In this document: piece after piece, positions 58,669 to 64,000 of the stretch
Numbering within the stretch: the stretch's first letter is position 1
How the letters are laid out: every line of letters begins with the position of its first letter
From: Phycisphaerae bacterium
GTDB taxonomy: Bacteria; Planctomycetota; Phycisphaerae; UBA1845
DNA length: 64,000 nucleotides
Direction: 5' to 3'
Assembly: GCA_963666835.2 (NCBI GenBank)
Contig: CAXXGO010000003.1
Span: 320,001 to 384,000, forward strand
Program-made: the position numbers and the translations under genes
Notes under the pieces: model-generated
Database searches by the model: none
Told to the model about the DNA's origin: nothing
Seen by the model: the letters and a program-made list of their open reading frames with translations, nothing else

Positions 58669-60309
58669 ATGAACCAAGCGAAGCACAGACCCGTGGTGTT
58701 GATAATCCGTGACGGCTGGGGGGAGAACCCGGACCCGAAATGGAACGAATCCAATGCCATATTCCTCGCTCGGACCCCGGTGAACGACCGGTTGGCGCGG
58801 GATTACCCGCGAACGCTGATCCACACCAGCGGGGAAGCAGTCGGCCTGCCCGCCGGAGTGATGGGCAACAGCGAAGTTGGGCATCAGAACATCGGTGCGG
58901 GTCGGATGGTGGAGCAGGAGGTCATGCGCATCACCGGGCGAATCCGCGACGAGAGCTTTTTCGAGAACCCGGCGCTCACTGCGGTGTTCGACCGCGCCCG
59001 CGAGACGGGCGGCTGCGTACATTTTATGGGACTTTGCAGCGACGGTCGGGTCCACAGCGACCTTGACCACTTGTACGGACTGTTCGAAATGAGCCGTCGG
59101 TTGCACTTCCCCGGTGAGCGGATCTTCGTTCATGCATTCATGGACGGCCGGGACACGCCTCCACATAGCGGAATCCAGTACATCGAGGAGATAGAAGCGA
59201 AATGCCGCGAGTTCGGCATCAACCCCGTGGCCAGCGTTATCGGGCGCTACTACGCCATGGATCGGGATAATCGTTGGGGGCGGGTGGAGAAGGCCTATCG
59301 CATGCTGACCCACGGTGAGGGTACGGTCTTCGCCTCGGCCACCGACGCGCTGCGAGATTACTATGAGAACCCGAGCGAACCCAGCCGGGTCGGTGACGAG
59401 TTCGTAACCGCCAGCCTCGTCCTGCAAAGCAATGACAAGCCGGCGACAATCCGCGATGGTGATAGTGTAGTCTTCTTTAATTACCGCGGGGACCGCCCGC
59501 GCGAATTAACCAAGGCCTTTGTTTACGACGAGTTTCCGTTCGAAGGCACCGGACTGGACGGAAAGGTCACCGGCTTTGCCCGAAGCGACAAGCTGGATCT
59601 GTGTTTCGTCACTATGACGGCCTACGAGGAGGGGCTGCCCGTAGACGTTGCCTTCGAGAAACCGCCCAAACTGAAGGACATTCTCGGGTCGTACCTGTCG
59701 GAACACGGGTTGACGCAATTCCGCTGCGCGGAAACCGAGAAGTACCCGCATGTGACCTTCTTCTTCAACGATTACCAGGTTGAACCGCACCCAGGGGAGC
59801 AATGGCATCTCGTCCCGTCGCCACGTGAGGTCAGTACGTACGATCAGAAACCGGAGATGTCCGCCGATGCGGTGACCGACGTGGTTCTGCGGCGTCTCGC
59901 CGGGGCCGATGACGACGTCATGATTATCAACCTCGCTAACGGAGATATGGTCGGGCACACGGGCAACTTGGCGGCGGCAATCAAGGCCGTCGAGACAGTC
60001 GACAAATGCGTCGGCGTGATGGTCGAGGCGGTGATGGAAAAAGGCGGCGGATTAATCATCACGGCGGACCACGGGAATTGCGAACAGCTTATCGACCCGG
60101 AGACCGGCGGACCTCACACCGCCCATACCACTTACGATGTCGAACTACTGGTCATCGACGACCGCTTCAAGGGACGCTCCCTGCGCAAGGGCGGCAGCTT
60201 GGCCGACGTCGCCCCTACCCTTCTGGCAATGCTGGGTCTGGACAAGCCGGAGAGCATGACCGGGTCGTCATTGATCGTGCATACCCCCTGTTCGTGCGCC
60301 GCCCGGTGA
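58669..60309 (+). CDS. gpmI: 2,3-bisphosphoglycerate-independent phosphoglycerate mutase
   Basis: DGWG, MGNSEVGH, DGRDT, GRYYAMDRD, AETEKYPHVTFF, DMVGHTG, TADHGN. Confidence 0.96.
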   Translation: MNQAKHRPVVLIIRDGWGENPDPKWNESNAIFLARTPVNDRLARDYPRTLIHTSGEAVGLPAGVMGNSEVGHQNIGAGRMVEQEVMRITGRIRDESFFENPALTAVFDRARETGGCVHFMGLCSDGRVHSDLDHLYGLFEMSRRLHFPGERIFVHAFMDGRDTPPHSGIQYIEEIEAKCREFGINPVASVIGRYYAMDRDNRWGRVEKAYRMLTHGEGTVFASATDALRDYYENPSEPSRVGDEFVTASLVLQSNDKPATIRDGDSVVFFNYRGDRPRELTKAFVYDEFPFEGTGLDGKVTGFARSDKLDLCFVTMTAYEEGLPVDVAFEKPPKLKDILGSYLSEHGLTQFRCAETEKYPHVTFFFNDYQVEPHPGEQWHLVPSPREVSTYDQKPEMSADAVTDVVLRRLAGADDDVMIINLANGDMVGHTGNLAAAIKAVETVDKCVGVMVEAVMEKGGGLIITADHGNCEQLIDPETGGPHTAHTTYDVELLVIDDRFKGRSLRKGGSLADVAPTLLAMLGLDKPESMTGSSLIVHTPCSCAAR

Positions 60310-60752
60310 AATCGCCAGGGCGGGAGCGCAGCGCAGTCGACTGACCTATAACTGTCACACAAAACGTAGTTCCTAGCCCGGATTACTCATAACATCCGCA
60401 CAAATGCGCGTAACTTACTGTAGCGTAACCTCTTGTGGGTGGCGCCAATGAGACACGGCGCGTTTCCACGCCCAGGATATGCCCTGGCGCTACATTGGTT
60501 CACGGCCTTTTCTTCGCTTACGTGAATAGCCCGGGCTGACCAGCAGACGTTGCTAAGTTCCAACCAGAGTCCGATCATCGGCCCGCTTGCGGGGTTTCTC
60601 TGCCATGTTGCCGTGCGGCAACGGTGGCGTGAAAACGTCCGGCCGATCTGCCGATGATGATCGAGGACCAACGCCCGCGTTGCCTCCGCACAACATAGGC
60701 GGGCTTGGGCACAAATGGGTCGGGTCATAATAACAGTGCTCTGGAGAACGAG

Positions 60753-61907
60753 ATGACGCCGGATTCACAAGCGGATTCTGCGGCGAAGCGCAAGACGTGG
60801 GACCTGTCCGCGTTTGCCCCGGCGATCTTAGATTCGCTCGATGCCGGCTTGCTGATAGTTGATCGTGATCGGACGATTCTCTACCGCAACAAGGTCGCGA
60901 AGGCGATGTTGATCCACGGCAACGATCTCGATACCGCGTTCCGCAACGCGAGGTTCCTCGATAAGTTCCCCGGTTGGGAGCAGGCCGTTGGCACAGTCCT
61001 CGACCGGAAAGATGAAGTCAGAATCCCCTGCGCTATCCCGACAATGGAGAAGGCCGGCCCAAAACTTGTGCTTCTGCGCTGTATGCCGTTGGTAGACCGG
61101 GGTCATGGGCAATCATGCGCCGTGATCACGCTGACCCAAGCGGAGAGCCCGCCCGCATTGAGCCAGGACCATCTCGAGGTCTCCCAACGTCTGGTCTCGC
61201 TGGGCCGGTTAGCGGCTCGGGTAGCCCACGAACTGAACAACCCTCTCGACGGGATCCTGCGATATGTGAACCTCGCCATCCGACTGGCCGGCGATGAGGC
61301 CTCGGAACCGAAGCTCAACACCTACCTCTCCGAGTCACGCACCGGGCTGCTGAGAATGGTACGGATCATCGGTGACCTTTTGGAGTTCTCGCGGACGACC
61401 GATGGCGAATTCGACGAGATGAATGTGAACGAGGTCGTCGAGCAGGCGGTTCGCAATGTGACGTCGACTGCCGATATGAGCCGAATCGTCGTAACGGTCG
61501 ATCTCCAGAATCACGACGCGCCGGTCCTGCGGAGTAGCCGGCTCTATCAGGTGTGCTGCAACCTCATCAAGAACGCGATCGACGCCATGCCCGACGGCGG
61601 CCGGCTCAGCCTGACCACCGGAGTGGTCGAAGGCACTGTGATTATCCGGGTAGCGGATACGGGGGTCGGTCTGCCGCCCGACGCCGACCGGGTCTTTGAA
61701 CCATTCTTCACTACCAAAGAGCCCGGTAAGGGAACCGGCTTAGGCCTGGCGATTTGCCGGGACTTCGTTGAGGACATGCACGGAACAATCGAGGCCTCAC
61801 CGGGAGAGGACGGAGGCGCCGTCTTCACCATCCAGGTCCCCGTCGAAACTCGGCATCGCCCCTCGCGGTTGACCGGATCGACGCCGGAGGGGCATCTTGG
61901 CTTGTAG
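60753..61907 (+). CDS. Cytoplasmic PAS-like sensor histidine kinase
   Basis: VAHELNNPL H-box, NLIKNAIDA, DTGVG, FEPFFTTK, GTGLGL; no TM segment seen. Confidence 0.92.
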   Translation: MTPDSQADSAAKRKTWDLSAFAPAILDSLDAGLLIVDRDRTILYRNKVAKAMLIHGNDLDTAFRNARFLDKFPGWEQAVGTVLDRKDEVRIPCAIPTMEKAGPKLVLLRCMPLVDRGHGQSCAVITLTQAESPPALSQDHLEVSQRLVSLGRLAARVAHELNNPLDGILRYVNLAIRLAGDEASEPKLNTYLSESRTGLLRMVRIIGDLLEFSRTTDGEFDEMNVNEVVEQAVRNVTSTADMSRIVVTVDLQNHDAPVLRSSRLYQVCCNLIKNAIDAMPDGGRLSLTTGVVEGTVIIRVADTGVGLPPDADRVFEPFFTTKEPGKGTGLGLAICRDFVEDMHGTIEASPGEDGGAVFTIQVPVETRHRPSRLTGSTPEGHLGL

Positions 61908-61964
61908 GAACTCGGGCTTTCTGCGCGTGTCGCGGCCCCGGCCGCACGAGTAGAGGAACTTCTC

Positions 61965-63365
61965 ATGCCGCCCAATAGCGAAACGAAAGCCAGAATCCTG
62001 ATCGTCGATGACGACCGGATCATCTTGGATTCCCTCGGCGAGTTTCTGCGCCTGGAGGGGTTCGAGCCGCTGACGGCCACCTCGTTTGCCGAAGCGACCC
62101 GGCTAATGCACCAACAGGCGGCCGATCTGATCATCTGCGACGTGAACATGCCCCGCGGAAACGGCTTCGAGCTGTTGCACGTTGCCCGCGAGAAGTGGCC
62201 CGACACCGTCGTCATCATGATCACAGCTTACGGAACGATTGAGAGCGCGGTCGAAGCCATCAAGATGGGCGCCTACGACTACCTGACCAAGCCCATCATC
62301 GACGACGAGCTCCGCCTTTGTGTCGAACGGGCGATGGCCCAGCAGAAAATCCTCCACGAGAACCGTGAGCTCAAGGAGAGACTCCACCATCGCTTCGGTA
62401 TGGAGAACGTCGTCGGGCAGGACTATCGCATGGTCAAGCTGTACGATCTAATTAACTCCGTAGCGGATTCCAAGGTCACGGTGTTGGTCCAGGGGGCGTC
62501 GGGGACCGGCAAGTCCCTGATTGCACGGGTGATCCACGATCAAAGCAATCGCGCCGAAAAGCCCTTCGTCGAAGTGAGCTGTGGAGCCATCCCCGAGACG
62601 TTGCTGGAAAGCGAACTGTTCGGCTACGTTCGCGGAGCGTTCACCGGGGCGGTCGCCAACAAACCCGGCAAGTTCAAGGCCGCCCACGGTGGGACCATCT
62701 TCCTGGACGAAATCGCCTCTGCCTCGCCGGGTTTGCAGGTGAAACTCCTGCGCGTGCTGCAGACCCAGCAGTTCGAGCCCGTCGGGAGCACCAAAACCCA
62801 GAAGGTCGACGTGCGGGTCATCCTGGCCACGAACCTCAACTTGGAGGAGGCCGTGCGAGACGGCACCTTCCGCGAGGATCTGTACTATCGGGTGAACGTC
62901 GTGACGATCGACATGCCGACCTTGTCCGAGAGAGTGTCTGACATCCCGCTCTTGGCCGCACACTTTCTGCGTGCAAGCTGCACAGAGATGAAACGGAGCA
63001 TCCGCGGCTTCGACGACCAGGCCATGGAGGTGCTGCAGAGATACCACTGGCCCGGCAACGTTCGAGAATTGGAGAACGCCGTAGCGCGCGGCGTGGTCTT
63101 GTGCAAGCATCATACCATCGGTGTTGACGACTTGCCGCCTAAGTTGGTCGAGTCGGCGGAGACCTTTGAGCCACCGGAGCATTACCAGCCGATGCCGCTC
63201 AAGCAGGCCCTCGAACAACCCGAGAAGCGCATTCTCGAAGCCGCGTTGCGGGCCAACGGCTGGAATCGCCAGGCCACGGCCGAGCAACTCGACATCAACC
63301 GCACGACTCTCTACAAGAAGATGAAGCGTTACGGCCTGGAGGGCGAGCCGGTGAGAACGCAGTGA
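61965..63365 (+). CDS. NtrC-family sigma54-dependent response regulator
   Basis: Receiver domain, GASGTGKS, ESELFG..GAFTGA, WPGNVREL, Fis-type HTH. Confidence 0.95.
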   Translation: MPPNSETKARILIVDDDRIILDSLGEFLRLEGFEPLTATSFAEATRLMHQQAADLIICDVNMPRGNGFELLHVAREKWPDTVVIMITAYGTIESAVEAIKMGAYDYLTKPIIDDELRLCVERAMAQQKILHENRELKERLHHRFGMENVVGQDYRMVKLYDLINSVADSKVTVLVQGASGTGKSLIARVIHDQSNRAEKPFVEVSCGAIPETLLESELFGYVRGAFTGAVANKPGKFKAAHGGTIFLDEIASASPGLQVKLLRVLQTQQFEPVGSTKTQKVDVRVILATNLNLEEAVRDGTFREDLYYRVNVVTIDMPTLSERVSDIPLLAAHFLRASCTEMKRSIRGFDDQAMEVLQRYHWPGNVRELENAVARGVVLCKHHTIGVDDLPPKLVESAETFEPPEHYQPMPLKQALEQPEKRILEAALRANGWNRQATAEQLDINRTTLYKKMKRYGLEGEPVRTQ

Positions 63366-63535
63366 ACAGGCGATCTTGCCGGCAGACCATCGACGATGAA
63401 GCCGGCCGCGAGCCGAGTGTCTCCAACGGCACCAAGAGTCGCCCTCGGCGAGCCGCACGAACGCTCCCTCAAGGGCCGGCCACGGCTGCAAGGCGGGAAC
63501 ATGAGAGACGCGCGCCGTTGGAGGCGAAGCCGGGG

Positions 63536-63563
63536 TTGCGAGAGGTCGACGAAACAGTATGCT
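63536..63563 (+). promoter_or_regulatory. Putative sigma70 promoter for the tRNA
   Basis: TTGCGA-N16-TATGCT ending 10 nt before the tRNA. Confidence 0.55.
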
Positions 63564-63573
63564 TTGGCCCAGC

Positions 63574-63647
63574 GCCGGCGTAGCTCAGTTGGTTAGAGCG
63601 CCTGCCTGTGGAGCAGGAGGTCCTTGGTTCGAGCCCAAGCGCCGGTA
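63574..63647 (+). tRNA. tRNA-His (GTG), CCA not encoded
   Basis: Cloverleaf: GCCGGCG/CGCCGGT acceptor, GCTC/GAGC D stem, CCTGC-CTGTGGA-GCAGG anticodon arm, CTTGG-TTCGAGC-CCAAG T arm. Confidence 0.95.
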
Positions 63648-64000
63648 GTTGTAAGTTGTTGTAAACAAAGCAGTTACTAAAACAAAGGCGGAGCCGGGGG
63701 TGGAGTGTGCGCGGTGTTTTCGGCCGCTACGCGATGGCGGTTCCCGCTCCTGGAATGCGCATAGCAGCCACGCCCACACTGATCAGGAGACCGCCGAAGG
63801 TCACCGTCACTTCAGATCAAACAGGCCCTTATGGCCCGCTTGGCCAGACCAGCCGATTTCGTAGAGTCGAGCGTGGGCCGTGCCGATGTCGAGTCGGGCG
63901 TGGACCGTTTCAAAGCCTGATACGCGTGCTCGGTAATCAAACTCGCGTCAGACACTGTCCGACAATCTACAAGTGAACTGGTTCTCTCTTCACCTGTTGT

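Noticed and set aside
1..64000. CRISPR array, rRNA, integrase or transposase genes; long antisense ORFs
   Set aside because: No regularly spaced repeats or such genes were seen. Antisense ORFs overlapping clear genes are expected shadows in GC-rich DNA.

Overview
GC-rich bacterial chromosomal segment, most likely from a planctomycete (Phycisphaerae-like). This is an inference from the HYExAFE protein, IPTL-CTERM proteins, dockerin-like C-terminal module, Lgt with a long insertion and the PQQ/prenyltransferase-like/MoxR/vWA cluster. Core genes: plsX-fabH-fabD-fabG-acpP-fabF, a CCA-adding enzyme, rsmD, pyruvate:ferredoxin oxidoreductase, lgt, panC, panD, rlmN, gpmI, a kinase/sigma54-activator pair and tRNA-His. 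Other content: three secreted surface proteins (nuclease, beta-propeller, tetraheme cytochrome), a 19-kb MoxR/vWA operon, an ECF sigma triad and two small accessory patches. The main observations not shown by the ORF track are: (1) a candidate 92-aa membrane selenoprotein with an in-frame Cys-UGA and a SECIS-like hairpin (57537-57815, minus); (2) a tRNA-His with no encoded G-1, a G1:U72 pair and A73; (3) a dif-like XerCD site beside a HEPN-motif gene; (4) a SEL1-repeat gene bracketed by inverted GTAG-type REP palindromes; (5) a near-consensus sigma54 promoter before PFOR. All calls come from motif recognition by eye; no searches were run. Several start codons were re-chosen using RBS and overlap evidence.
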